A stretch of 60,355 bases of DNA, the filler included, from Catajapyx aquilonaris (lineage: Eukaryota): the NCBI GenBank assembly GCA_000934665.2. It is 3 parts of 3 records of this genome, joined end to end, with 100 filler letters (N's around TTAATTAATTAA, not from the genome) between each part and the next. Parts side by side here need not be neighbours in the genome. Positions count along the whole stretch, not along the records: positions 20,279 to 40,264 come from JYFJ02006352.1; positions 40,365 to 60,355 come from JYFJ02006353.1; 1 more part is not named here. The stretch is one strand, 5' to 3'. Shown piece by piece: positions 39,421 through 52,530 of this stretch. The stretch's first letter is position 1; each line of letters opens with the position of its first letter. A model generated the notes under the pieces. That model made no database searches, was not told the origin of the DNA, and was given only the letters and a program-made list of their open reading frames with translations. The translations under genes were made by a program, and so were the position numbers.

Positions 39421-40264
39421 CACCCATCCTCCCTGGTTCCCTCAGGCCAGGAAACGAATAGGCATTTCTGCAGCTGTCAAAGTTATATGGCCCCCTTGCA
39501 ACCCATCCCTTTTCCGGACCAACACGAGCTGATGTCCCGATGATAACCCGGAGCGGACTGCACGTCCACCGCCACAAACACATGCGACCCATCGTTTCTT
39601 TATCTGAGCACTCTCTTTCTCCATTCCTGCCTCTGGGATACTGATACTGCAGATTTCTGGTATTACTGATACTCCAACAGGACTGATTGCCACCAGCTAG
39701 ACACTTACAGTATATACACTGCACTGCCTGGACCTCCATAACCATTACATCCAACCCATCTAACCTCACCTCCTTCTCCAGACGGCACCAACTACCATAG
39801 GAAGTGCTCGCTTCTTCCTGCTGTAAAAGGCTACGTCGCCGCAGATGACAGTCAGTCCATAAAGTGCACACACACAAAAAGTGTGTGTGTGTGGCGACAA
39901 CAAATGCATTACATTAAACTTGTATGGGTTCTGCCAGGATCAGGATATCTCTAATGTCATCGGGGTGGGCACCCAATCAAAGTCACATTTGGACAGCCTT
40001 GCTTTTCATTAATATTATCCAAACCAAGTGGATGACCCACCGAATTTATTTACGGAGCCAATCTCCTAGTGTCGGGAAATGGAGTGGATGTTGTCATTTT
40101 TTATTCATATACTCGAGCCAACGTGACAGTGTCATCAACACTCGTGTCATTGGCTGACTAGTTCGACAGTCGTCGTCGTTTCTTTAATGCATGTGCTTGT
40201 TTCGTACAATGTAGACACATAGTCCAGGACTGTCACACCCAGTGGGTAAATATGCATGTGGGTG

Positions 40265-40364
40265 NNNNNNNNNNNNNNNNNNNNNNNNNNNNNNNNNNNN
40301 NNNNNNNNTTAATTAATTAANNNNNNNNNNNNNNNNNNNNNNNNNNNNNNNNNNNNNNNNNNNN
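40265..40364. other. Assembly gap with TTAATTAATTAA linker
   Basis: N run containing the linker. Confidence 0.9.
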
Positions 40365-40730
40365 AGAGAGAGAGAGAGAGGGAGGAGGGAAGGTATGGTT
40401 TGGTTTCCAGGGCAACTGAACAGCATTATTGTAGAACAGGGGGCCAACGACCAAAGTCCTTTTCGCCTCCTGTGGCCAAGGATGACCTCGGTGGTCAATT
40501 CCAATGGGCTTATGACATTCCCAGTAAAAAACCACCCCTAATGACACCCTGGGGCGTATGTCGGGACCTCCGTATGGATTTGCATAGCGAATAACTGGAA
40601 AGGACATACGTCGAGAAATATGTATTAGATGAGGTCATTTGAACACTACAAAATGCATTGCTTCTGTTCAAGTGATGGAGTCTTACAATAATTTTACATT
40701 AAGAACCAAACTGTTGCTACTAACACTTAA

Positions 40731-41349
40731 CCACCAACGTGGGGTATTTTTCTACCCCACAATGTAGTTAATACCATCGCGATTAATAAATTTTGCATGA
40801 AATGAAAAATGGCAGGCCTCTATTCCTCAGACATACTTTCTTCGATCCAAAGAAAATTTTTGACACCAGTAGAATTTTTTTTTGCGGAGTTACCGGTACT
40901 TTTCTGCTGCTAAGCGTCGCATCCCTGTGGGGTCCAGATATACCCCACGTCGTAGCCAATGTACATAATTTTTTAGAGAGCACATCACAGCGCATCACAG
41001 CAAAATTGTATTTTATAAAGTGTGAGTGTGTTATTCAGAAATAAATATTGCTCGGAACTAAAATCTTGCACACCCTGCAGCTGGGAATGTTTACGTTATA
41101 AGTCATTACTTACGGCATCGAGCTGGAAGGCTACGAAGGTGCGATAATGGAGTCTCAAGTCCCTTATGACTCAACTAATAGTCACAGGAGATCGATTTTT
41201 TTTACACATACAGATGAGAATACAGACCGATTTTACCGTGGAAGAATGGCTTTAGTGCTATTAAGGCAAATTTTTTAGAAAATGAAAACAGGGTGGGGTT
41301 GTGAAATACCCCACGTCGTAGCCAATGTGTGGCAGATTCAAGTTGGTGG
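40731..41349. mobile_element. piggyBac-like non-autonomous element
   Basis: TTAA|CCACCAAC...GTTGGTGG|TTAA; internal repeat ATACCCCACGTCGTAGCCAATGT occurs twice and inverted ACGTGGGGTAT lies near the left end. Confidence 0.75.
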
Positions 41350-41849
41350 TTAAGTGTTAAAATATTATGTGCCTGCAAAGGTCTACAAGACATAGCATGC
41401 CCATTCAGTGGAATGTTGGAACTCTACAAAGCTATTGTATTGTGCAGCAAGTGCACCAAGTGGAAAAGTTACTAAAGTTATAGCATTGGGATAACATCTT
41501 AGTTTAAAAACTGGCCTATTTTTAGCAGCTCGCAAAGTCCTCCCAACACTGGAGGGTAGGAGTGTTCATGGACGAACATATTAAAGTGTCTGTCATTTCT
41601 ACCTTGACTTCACCCAACTGTAATATTTAAGTACAGCCAGGAAACAAACCTGTTCTAGTCGTTAGTGATTTAAGAACCCTTGGCTGGTTGGTTCATCCTT
41701 CTTCCAAAGTGATAAGGAGCTTGTGTGCTTCATCAATTCTTTGTGCTTCTGCTGCAAAATTGCCCACAAGGCACACGAGGACACATGGTGGGATAATATG
41801 GGTGGAATTTTCATCCCACTGCTAGTTACTGCTTAGCTAAGTTAGCAGT

Positions 41850-42190
41850 ACCAGTGTTGGTAACGTCTCGGCTTGCTGAGTGAAAGGCCCCAGGTTCGAT
41901 CCCCGCCTGGGGAACTTTCCTTTCACCTGCGTCAGGAGGGTCTCTGACCTGCACCTTGGAGGTGTCTGGCAACCTAACCTCCTAGGGAACAGCATGAGAC
42001 ATGACCCAATATCAGACATTGCACTTGCACCAATGTTCCCTCCCCAGAAAATCCCCATCCTTACCCAATGTCCTTTCATCCTTCCACTGGAGTTAGAAGA
42101 AAAAAATCAGAAAATTGAAGGAAAAATGGTGGTATTCCACCCCCCTATAAGGGCCTCTGGCCCTATCATGGGGTAACGTAAAAAAAAAGC
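41850..42190 (+). mobile_element. tRNA-SINE family A inserted into a mini-MITE
   Basis: B box GGTTCGATCCC, body shared with 5014-5335, A tail. Flanks TGGGTGGAATTTTCATC (about 41799) and GACGAAAATTCCACCC (about 42211) match the 12804-12919 mini-MITE ends. Confidence 0.85.
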
Positions 42191-44723
42191 AGTAACAAAC
42201 TGAGCAGGGGGACGAAAATTCCACCCCAGGTCTCCCACATAGTAGAACGAAGCAGCACCGTACTAGGCCTGAACAATGGCAGCCACAGCAACCTCAGGTG
42301 GCAATGAACAAGCAGACAGAACAGTTCTTACATACATGTATTATGTTGAGCATGAAGTCCCAGCTGTAATTCACTATTATTAGGAAGATTCTCGAACTAC
42401 AGGATCGAGTGAGTTTCATGATTCTGGGCTATCACTGCCATGTGACTAATAGTAATTTAAATAAAGTGAATTATTTTCACATTGAGTGTTGTCAGACAGT
42501 CCCATTATTATAAGGGCCTGAAAGCCCATTGGATAATAATGGAAATTAGTTAGAAATATAACAACAGCAACTGGATAGTTTTAAACCTTTAAATATCTAG
42601 TACAAACCTGCATTAATAGTCATCACATTCAGTTTCTGATAAAACCGGGACAGGTGATGTCCATGACCTCGGGAGGCATTTTTTGGCAGATTTTCAGTCA
42701 TTTCTAGACAAATGTAAATTCACCATACCTATTTTACTGGTGCTAGGACGGAAAGTCTTCAGGTCTGCATCGACCATATCAGTAGAGAAGTGGACCCAGC
42801 CAAGTGAAGGGATTGGATAGGCTGAAACGCTGTATCTCCTACTTGGGTGAATGAGTGACTCAGGACGTAACTACTACTACTGTTTCCTTCTGCCGGACTG
42901 AAACCAAACTGAAACCCTTTCTTATTTACTGAATATGTGCAGTCATCGTGGATTCGATTTCAAAACACAATCAATGCGCTTAAAAAAGCCTAGTTAGTGA
43001 AATAAGGCAATTGACAGTATATTATGAAAGCTATGCCAACATGCTTGCCATGTATGTTCTAGAGGTGCATCTTGTCAATGCCCCACATACCTTGGTTATG
43101 TTAAGCATGGAACTAATGTACCCATTCCAGATTCAGTTTGCTCACCTCTTCATGACCATCAAACTTTCAACATGGTGAATTTTCTTTTCCCAAATCATCC
43201 TGAAATTGTTAAGAGTTTTCTGGGCTTTCTAAACCTGCTTCCTTCACCTCATCTTGTGAGTCCTTTTCTCCCCATTAATCTTAAAATAACAAAATAATGA
43301 CACAACACATAATTCCAAAACTCGACCAGTAAGCAAAAGATTACTGGTACTATACTTTATTTAGGAACATATGTGAAAGGCAACAATGATAAAAGCTACA
43401 AATGAGATCCATGGGTCAAAGAAAAGACATAATTAATTATTCCACACGATTCACTTCAAAAACAATATGCACACTTTTACTGGCACTTCTAAAATGCAAC
43501 ACAAAATTTATGACATGGTTTGAAAGCATTATTCAAAATGACACTCACTCCTCCACTTATAAGAATTATACATAAGAATGTTCAGGGATACAAACAAACA
43601 ATTTGCATATCTCTTAGCATAATCAGACTGGAGGACAGAAGACATGTCCCAAAGTCATAACCTAACTTACGATTTAATTATGTGTACTTCACGGTAAGTA
43701 ATGATTCCCAAATACAACTATCAGTCTGTACCCAGGCAAGAAACTAATAGGCCAAATACAAATCTTCATCCAGCTTTCATAAATCATTTTTAACAGTACA
43801 TAGAGCCAGTCAACCATTTGTGACCATGGTTGCAAATGATTCTAGCTCACCTTAACCTTATCCAACCTTGTATATACTTCTTTCCCAAAATCAAAAGAAA
43901 CATGTCTGCAACCCTGTTGCGGGATGTGGCTCTGACTTTGGCTACTAGTGCACTGTTGACGTACAGCACACACACATTGGTGGTTTTTATTTAATTACTT
44001 ACAACATGGACTGTAGGCAGAAGAGAAGTTCAACTTACAAACATTTAAGCTAACAAACCCCAGGTACAGTTCAGTTTGTAAGTTGAGGACTGAATGTACT
44101 GAAAACATTCTGAGTCCAAATGCCATTCCACAAAACCCACTGTGTCTGTGATATTACATTCTTATTAGGCATGACTATAAGTTCCATATAGTACTATGGT
44201 AAGCTCTAAGAATGCGGTCCACATAGTGTTTCACAGCAAAGCCATCTTGTAAGTGAGGTATGTGGTATATGGCTAAGCACTTTCCAGTACGTAACACACC
44301 AGGTTTTACAGGTACCCTAACAAGAAAATTTTGTGCAGGTTTAGCATCTTCATTCATTCCATGATTGCAAGACTTCAATCTAAAAAATTAACATTGTAGT
44401 AATGCTGTAACTGAGATCCCTGCCACTGCCAAAAATAGACAACTTGCATAGTTACAAACTCAGAATAAATTTTTACTGAGCATCTCATGAATAGTGCAAT
44501 CTGTAATAACAAGACATGATAAGACTTACAAAGTACACAAACCATTCCACACTTCAAAAACAGTAACTTGCCACATATTCATACCAGATGAAGGAGCTTC
44601 AATCAGGTGTGAAACTTGACTCAACTTAACAAACATTAAAGTTTCAAAAAGTCACTCTAACTGTACAGTGATAAAATGCACTACACATAAATTTATTTAT
44701 TTTTAAATGAAAAAAGCCTTAAC

Positions 44724-45575
44724 CAGCCCCCTGTCACTTCCCCCCTAGCCGCATGGATACGGTAGGGTAATTCGTATGTCTCCACCAACCTGGAATTTGG
44801 CACTGGTGGCATTCAGCCTTCGCTATACCGTCATCGTGTTAGACTTTTTCGAGAAAAAGTCTTATAGAACGGTTCTGTCTGTCTGTGGACAGGTATCAGA
44901 CAGACAGAGCCAGAGCCGTTCTATAAGACTTTTTTTCCCCAATTTTCGGGTTCTGGGTTCCCTCTATCCGCCACCTCGCCCCACCACCCCCTGCCCGTGA
45001 CCTCCCAGTCCCTCCACCGCCCCCTCCCCCCCGATCACCCTTTCCCCTCTCCCTCCTCCTACCCCATGATACCTGATACTTGTCCACAGATGGACAGACG
45101 GACGGACAGAGCCATGCTATAAGACATTTTCCGATGGATGAATAAAGGTCTAAAAGATGGGTTTGCTAAGATAGATTTTTTAAAGGGGAAAGGGGCAGTC
45201 TGGGGGTAGGAGGAGGGAGGGGGAAAAGGGTAAGTCCACTTTTGGCCAAAAATGAGTTATGGGTGGTTTCAGTTTCAGTCCCAGTACCGGATGGATGTTG
45301 GGGACAACAGCAGTAAACATGAAAAAGTCTACTCTAATCGCGCTCACGTGATTTGCCAATCTTGTTCAAAGTGCACTCAAGTGTTAAGTCTGTGGAAGCA
45401 AAGAAAGATCGAGCCCATCGGCAGACAGCGGCAGACTCACACGCTACCTACCACCCCAGTTGCACCTTGATCAAGATGGCGGTATAGTGAACGATGTAGC
45501 ACCGCCAGCGCCAAATTTCAGGCTGGCGGAGACAGAGGAATTACACTACCGTATTAGAGGAGTGTCAGGGGGCTG
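44724..45575. mobile_element. Three-layer nest: 8-bp-TSD (hAT-like) shell > TA-flanked MITE > Helentron-type element
   Basis: TSD GCCTTAAC on both sides; TIR CAGCCCCCTG(T/A)CAC; inner MITE 44760-45551 with about 75-bp TIRs and TA flanks. Confidence 0.85.
44839..45366 (+). mobile_element. Helentron-associated (HINE/DINE-1-like) element
   Basis: 5' palindrome AGACTTTTTCGAGAAAAAGTCT, (TCTG)n, 3' subterminal GAAAAAGTCTA, short hairpin AATCGCG-CACGTGATT and CTTGTT end. Confidence 0.65.
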
Positions 45576-47605
45576 GCCTTAACCTATTGACTTGACTTCA
45601 GCAATGGGATGGTGCTACAACAAAAATAAAAGTGTCATAAAAGTAATGACTCAATAATTATAATCTGGAAATTGAAACAATGATTCTCACTATACAGTTT
45701 ATACTACTCCCAGTGTAGAATATGAAAATACTGCATTTTAAAAATCAACAAAAATGTAGCATCACACCCCCAGACAAAATGTTCCAGAAAAGGTGTATTA
45801 GCTGACATCCAATACCATCTGGTAGATTGTACTAAGCCGGAAGAAACCCTTACAAGCATTGCCACTTGACCAGAAGCACAAGGTTTAAACAGCTGCCCTT
45901 TCAATACAGTGAGCTGTCAAAACAAAATTATCTCCCAATACACCTCATCCAGATCTTTAAATAACTAAAAGACATGACATCTAGGATCAGGTTTGCCATG
46001 ACAAATGATAATAATTTTTGTTGGAGATGATTCCTAATAATGTTAGAGAAATAGGGAAATTACCCCCCCNTAATGTTAGAGAAATAGGGAAATTACACCC
46101 CCACCCCAAGACACACGTCGGTGCTGATTAGGAATAACCGCCACTAGAAGCTATCATGTCTCAGCACAAACGATCCTGGAAGGTGTCATCTGACTTGAAC
46201 AATACCTGGGAGGTTATAGAGGGCACACTAGAAAATCAATCAATCACAGAACTTCACCAAGCCCAATGCTAATGCAAGTCATAGCAATGCCATCATTCCT
46301 GCACCAAGAAGTGTCTTATTTATAATTACACCTAGGGCTTTGCCGCAAGACCATATTCAACAAGCGGAAAGCTGGAGACTCACACATGATGCAACATGGC
46401 ATTAAGCAATGGCAAAGTAAGACGCAATGGTCACTTCAGGATACTGATATCTCTTGTAAGTACCCTTGATTATCGTTGTAAAATTGAAGATATCAACTTT
46501 TGTGCAAGCAAAACAAAATTAATTGCTTTCAATGAGGCACTGATATATTATGTTGGTACTGCCAGGCTATTGATCACAGCTCGAGATCACAGTAAAGAGT
46601 GTTTTCTTTCATTTTCCAAGTATATGAAGGGTGGTACAATGCCAACGTTGGCACATCACAGTAAAACTGATAAATAATTTACTCCACATCCATACACATA
46701 TTGGTTTCTACCAACTGGAATGGCCATGTGCTACTGGAGTGAGTGTCTCATCATATTTTTCCTAGCCCCATCATCAGTGTTAACTTTAGGCAGCATACCA
46801 TCTTGTACCCTTTTAAAAATGATATCTCACCACACACAACTAAACTGCACATAATTATGGCAAAGAGGCAAATGCTTCAGTATTCCAGGGCCCATTCCAC
46901 GAGATCTCTTGGGGTTTGGCTTGCCTGATACTGAAACAACTGCCATGAAAGTCTTACTTCTCTTTTATATACAGTTAACTTATCAACTAATGTAAAATGC
47001 AAACAGTTTCTCTGCTTTCTGAAGAGTTTTCTCTTAGAACAGGTATAAGTTAACCTTACAAAGCTACATAAAAAAATTAATAGCATGACCAGGCACCACT
47101 TTGTAAAAATGATTGAGGGAATACACACATCCATTTGTAAAACAATATCCGGCATTTCAGAATAATAATCTCAGATTTGTATAAAAGGTAAACTTAAAGC
47201 TACATATGACCAACTAAGCTGAACACACTTTCCAAGGCTAAAAAGCACATCATAAGATGTGATCCAAGTTTTCTGGTTCTTTCAGTCATTGCACATTTTG
47301 CCTGATGTTGTTTTTTTGTTTCGCTTTTGGGCCACAATTGTAGTGCCCAATTATTTCCCTGTGTGGTTGAATATAGCAGCTGCAATGTAATTGGGCACCT
47401 CAATATTGGGGTGCAAAAAGCTACACAAAAATAACTTCGGGGGAAAAAAGGACCTGAATACTTGCAACACATTCTATATGCACTATACATGATAGGCAGT
47501 TGGACGGAATTTTGAAAGACTCATGCCACTGCCAGCCATCTAGTTAATAATATATCACCTGCTAGCTTCTGAGCCAGCACTAGTCTGCTGCAGGTTGCTG
47601 CAAAG

Positions 47606-48030
47606 CAGCCCCCTGACACATCCAGCCTATCCCTGTGTTGAAGGTTGTTTAATATAAAAGGCACCGCTAGCCAGGGGAAGTGGCGCTAGTGCGCCTCCAC
47701 AACTGTCTAGTGGGGGGTCCCTTCGGGTGACTGCCTACTTCAGCCTGCGGACTGGTGCTGAGGGTGCTGAGGCGTGCTGAGGGGCTGGAAAAAACATGGC
47801 GGCATTTTGCACCATATGCGGGCGGAAGAAGCCCGCCCGTATTGCGGTTTTCAAGGTCCCGTCAGACCCGCAAAGACTACGCCAGTGGCAGGACATGCTA
47901 CCCTGGCAGGTTTGAACGGTTTCAAGCAGGCGTCCGCCCGAAGACGGTTGTGGAGGCGCACTAGCGCCACTTCCCCCGCCTAGCGGTGCCTTTTATATTG
48001 AACACTGAATCGTGTTTGTGTCAGGGGCTG
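47606..48030. mobile_element. hAT-like MITE with 8-bp TSD
   Basis: CTGCAAAG|CAGCCCCCTGACACA...TGTGTCAGGGGCTG|CTGCAAAG; inner inverted repeat of about 60 bp. Confidence 0.88.
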
Positions 48031-48171
48031 CTGCAAAGCAACAAAAAGGTTTTTCACTTTTCTTTCGCTACACTTTGTAGTCATGATAGGAGGGTAAAAG
48101 TTTTCTCTCTCTCTCTCCCTCTGCCTCTCCCATATCCTTTACCCATATAATTAATACCCATATCCTTTATA

Positions 48172-49981
48172 CAGGGTTAGGGAAACTCACGCCAAATCAC
48201 CAGGTAGACTTATAGTACTCGTAAAACTACTATAGGGATGTGCAATTAGTTTTGGGCGCCATTGCATAGTTAATGCGTATGGCACCGTCAAAGTTTCGTG
48301 ACGTCACATCCGTTCCGCCAGCTATATCCTCCTGAGACCCAAGAAGAATTGAGTAATGCAATGTCAGTTCCTATATTGCATTTTCTGAGGGAGGCGAAGT
48401 GGCGCTGCGGTAACGTATGTGCCCATGGATGTAAGGGTCCCAGGTTCGATACCAAGCCCGGGCATCCCCCCCTTCATCTCGTGCAGAGTTGGGGTCGTCT
48501 CTGGCTTCGTCTCGGGTGGGATTCCCTGAGATTAACCACCCGGGGGAGTTCACAAAATGTGCCACGTTTAAGACATTGCACTGCACATTGCACATCCCCT
48601 CCTACACATCCCCCCTTCGCTCAAGCCTACTCATCCCCCACCAAGCCCTGAACCAAAAAGCTTTTTTACTCTGCTATACTCTTCTGTGTGATTTTCCTGA
48701 ATCTTTATCCTCACTTTGTGGAAAAACCTGACGTGATAGAGGAAAAAGCTCGGCATTTCTGAACTCAGCGTATCGAAATACATTAGAAACACACAAAACT
48801 GTTCAGAAAAGAAATTAAAAGTATTATTTCGCAGGCCTGTGTTATTATTATTGCATTTTCTGAACATTTTCCCAATAAGAAGCGAGAAAAAAATGATCGT
48901 TCTAAAATATTGACAAAAATAATTACAACCACTGAGAACATTAGGATCCAATTGCTGCTACAAAAGCAGCACGGACGAAAGCTGAAAATTTAAATGCCAC
49001 TTGGTGGATCACTACCATAGTGTCTATCCTCCAAACGATGTTTTTAAAATTTATTTGTGGAATTCGTGGTAGCAATTCGTCTCAGAAGTCAATTAAAGAT
49101 AAACTGCAATTATTTTTTAATGCCACCACTCCATGCATGGGGCTTGCTCCTTCCCTTCTTACCCCCTACCATGGTACCTCGCTATTCTAGATTTTAAAAC
49201 TGAACTGTAGTGCAAAGCGCACTTCCTTGTGGGTGTATAGGTACAGGCACTTAAAGAAAACTCATAGCCCATTCAGCTAAAAAAAACTTTTTTCAGATGT
49301 CCATTTAAATGGACATTTGTTCTCAGGAAGGAAAGAAAATTACCAGTTCTCTACAGCAACAAAGACTGTCAGAGACACATCTTTTCGTATTTCTTAATAC
49401 ACATTCCTTGTGAATCCCAGGACATTCACTGCATTGACGAAAATCGCACTATAAATATGAGTAAAAAAATAAACTTATCAGATGAGCCCCTAGTTTCAGC
49501 AGCAGTGTCCACCATTTTCATGAGTGATTTAATTTTCGCGGCCAAAGTCAGATATTCAACACTAGATGGCTACACCTATTGAGGCCACATTGTAATCATG
49601 GGATACCAACAGACTACAGTTCTGTTGGCATCACTTGTTGGCAGCAATTTTTTTTGTTGCTGATGTCGACATATGACGACATCAGGTCTCAGAAGGATAA
49701 AGAAGCAAAAGCCATCTCGAGGGCCTCCAAACAATCCAGCCTGTGGTCCGTAACACATCGTCCATGTGTAATAGGTAATCATATCCTGTCAAAGTAAGAA
49801 TCCGGGTACGACACCCGTGCACTTGTCATTTTTATCTCATATTTTACCATCCGGCCCTCTACACAGGCGCCGTACGCATTAACTATGCAACGGAGCCAAA
49901 AACTCATTGCACATCCCTATATTCGTTTTGTGAGTACTATCAGTCTATGTGACGATTTGGCGCGAGTTTCCCTTCACCCTG
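48172..49981. mobile_element. Tc1/mariner-type non-autonomous element, 1.8 kb
   Basis: TA|CAGGGTTAGGGAAACTC...GAGTTTCCCTTCACCCTG|TA, about 115-bp TIRs. Confidence 0.85.
48389..48848 (+). mobile_element. tRNA-SINE family B
   Basis: tRNA-like head (GGTTCGATACC), (TTA)n end, 15-bp TSD TATTGCATTTTCTGA (48374-48388 and 48849-48863); second copy at 52372. Confidence 0.8.
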
Positions 49982-50104
49982 TATAGGCACTTAATTGGCC
50001 ATGAAAAATAGGTTCTAAGAAAGTAAATCCAATCAGTCCCAATTTTCTGGAAATTCAGGTGGAACCACAGCCCTTTACACCTTACTTGACTGATGCCAGT
50101 AGCT

Positions 50105-50258
50105 TTACATACAGCTGGCCACATCTAAGCGAACCATTGGACTGCTCACAGGACGTCTGTGAATGAAACCCTTGTAACCAGAAGATTCGCTGGATCGACG
50201 GTGGCTGCATCCCTGAGCCTCCTTGGCAGACAATTCACTTGCAGCTGAGTAAGACCTC
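50105..50258 (-). CDS. CCP110: CP110 coding exon 5; ends at TAA 50105 if unspliced, or splices at 50113
   Basis: TAATAG|g-RSYSAASELSAKEAQG...MVRLDVAS(CM*); phase 2 fits the preceding 59-nt intron. Confidence 0.7.
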
Positions 50259-50317
50259 CTATTAAATAAAATCAATGAGTAAAACTTGTAATAGCCAGAG
50301 AAAAAAAAATTGCTTAC

Positions 50318-50484
50318 CTGCGCATTGATGCAATTGTAGCCTTGGTTAGTGGTTTTGCTTGGTGCTCTTGAGAGGGTATCCTGCCACTGACAATCCACTG
50401 TCGGTCACGAGCAATAAGAGCCATCCTCTCAGTAGCTGATAAGCAATGGAATATGTCCCACAAAGTTTTCCTGGCACTTGTCAT
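50318..50484 (-). CDS. CCP110: CP110 coding exon 4
   Basis: TTGTAG|MTSARKTLWDIFHCLSATERMALIARDRQ...KPLTKATIASMR-ag|GTAAGC; matches the CP110 C-terminal DIF..ERM.I..DR..LSxAT.S..R pattern. Confidence 0.9.
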
Positions 50485-50542
50485 CTACAAATAAGTAGCC
50501 TGTAATAGGTGCATCTCAGTTCAGCTACAATAATTTACTCAC

Positions 50543-51827
50543 CTGGACCAAGAGTTGCCGATACAGATGTACATCCAAAATTTTCACGGTTCCTCCCATC
50601 ATTATTTCTTGATCAATAGCACTCAGGTGGAGAGTGCTTTCCTTGATAGTGCTAAGAATCATCTGCACTTTTTGACAGGCTAACAGTCGCCGTGTCAAAT
50701 ACCCCTTTGCAGCGGCAGTAACTTTGTCAAAGTCGGGCATTATGTCACTGCTTCCTCTCTCCATTATCATTGGCAAGCTGTAAGAATCCAAGCTCAATTT
50801 CTGTAGCTCTTCACGAAGCTCCTTTTCTTTCTCTAGGTATCGCTGTTGCAACCTCATCCGACTCAGCTGATACTCTTGCTCAAGTCGCTTTTCATCCTCC
50901 TGCATCTGGCGCTGGAGCTTGGAAACACTGGCTTGTATGTCCACAAAGCAATTTTTTTCGGAAGTAGCAGAATGGTCTTCCTTGGACAGTACACATGCAA
51001 TCTTACTTGGCTTTTCCATAAGCCCTGAACATGATAGGTTGTTCAAGAATCCTTCTCTGTATTTCAGGGTTGGAACCCGCCCCTCTTCAGTTGACTCAGG
51101 TGCCTTATCCTCGATGCCTTCCAAGGAGGCTGGTGTAGCCAAGCATTGATATGTGCTGTAAGGTTCTGGGTCAGTGGCGGAGAAGTCATCCCAAATAGAC
51201 TCAATCTCCAGTGGATAGGCCGTGACTCCCAACTTCATCACACTTCCTTGAGCAGCTCCTTGTTCATTGGCATCAAGAGAACCAACCACATCCCTACCAC
51301 TGAAGAGGCTTGATTCTGCTTGATTATCAAGGATCACTGTGCTATCAACATCAGGGCCAAAGGATGGTTGTGATAAATTTGCATCTGAATAGGATGTAAT
51401 GTCAACTTCACACTTATCTGTTGCACCAAGAGCACCCATGATGCCATCATCTACAGTGAATCTCCTGCGGTTGGCCAGGAGATACTCACTTGGGGACTCA
51501 AGGGTGTAAGACCCACGACGCATCCTCCTCCCTTCACCAAAGCTTTCACCGCCAGTCGGGGTCATGTAAATTGAGTCAGAACTGTCACATGGTTCTATAT
51601 ATGACAAGGACTCCCCTTGCACAGTATCATTCAAGCTCATGTTCCCATATTGTCCATAACCACTGTCTGAACATAGCCAGGGATCGGACATAACACAAAG
51701 GGTCTCTTCCAGGGTCTCCAGGGATTCCTTGTCAACAACAAAAGTCTTGTTATCAAAGCCATTGACGAAACTGAAAGGCATCTTCATGTCAGATGTGAAT
51801 GACACGGTGGCTCCTCCAGGTTGGTCC
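50543..51827 (-). CDS. CCP110: CP110 large coding exon 3
   Basis: TTTTACAG|g-DQPGG...RRGSYTLESPS...coiled coil...FDKVTAAAKGYLTRRLLACQKVQMILSTIKES...LYRQLLVQ|GTGAGT. AKGYLTRRL is the IQ-like motif of the CP110 C-terminus. 1285 nt, phase 2 to 0. Confidence 0.92.
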
Positions 51828-52371
51828 CTGTAAAATGCAGACAAATATTGAGCCAAGATATTTTCTCCACAATGCAATCTCAAATATGAAGCAAAACACA
51901 GGCCCTGCTGCAAATATTTCTTCCCACCCATGAAATATACCAGAATAATATGGAAGAAATCGTCAGAATCATCAAACACAGGATGTAGAAGGACACTGAC
52001 CAACTGGAGGGCACAACAGCTTATTTTACTATGCCACTTAACAAGGGACAAAATGACAAATGAAGTTCCTGGTGTGAAGTCAAATATTTCCCCCCACCAC
52101 GCGAGTCCAGTCAAAAGTGGCTACCAGTGGGACGGGGACACGTTGGGACAGCCGGAGCACTGGGCCTCGTAGAGTTACGGAGACCGAAAGGAACCTGCCC
52201 GGGCCTGTCCAATTTGCGTCGTAGGCGCGCAGCTGAGGCGTAGCCCCACAGGGGGTGTATGTGGGTGGGTAGGTGTGTGTGTGTGAGTGCGAAGGGGGGC
52301 AAAGCATGCTTGTTTGTGAACTTTTAGTCCCTCAGTTTATAAAACTTCTGAACATACAGTAACAACTGTTA

Positions 52372-52530
52372 GGGGAGGTGAAGTGGTGCTGCGGTAACGT
52401 ACACACCCACGGATGTTAAGGTCTTGGGATCAAATCCCGCCCGGGGTTCCCCTCTTCATCTCGTGCAGTATTGGGTTGTCTCTGGCTTCGTCTCGGGTGG
52501 AAACTCCGATAGACTATATAATATATAATA
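52372..52530 (+). mobile_element. tRNA-SINE family B, partial copy
   Basis: Matches 48389-48535 (CTTCATCTCGTGCAG..TCTCTGGCTTCGTCTCGGGTGG). Confidence 0.8.

Noticed and set aside
46039..46100. Direct duplication TAATGTTAGAGAAATAGGGAAATTAC
   Set aside because: The copies flank a single N; most likely a contig-overlap artefact.
51828..52114. N-terminal 95 codons of the 529-aa ORF
   Set aside because: Upstream of a phase-matched acceptor at 51828; intronic read-through.
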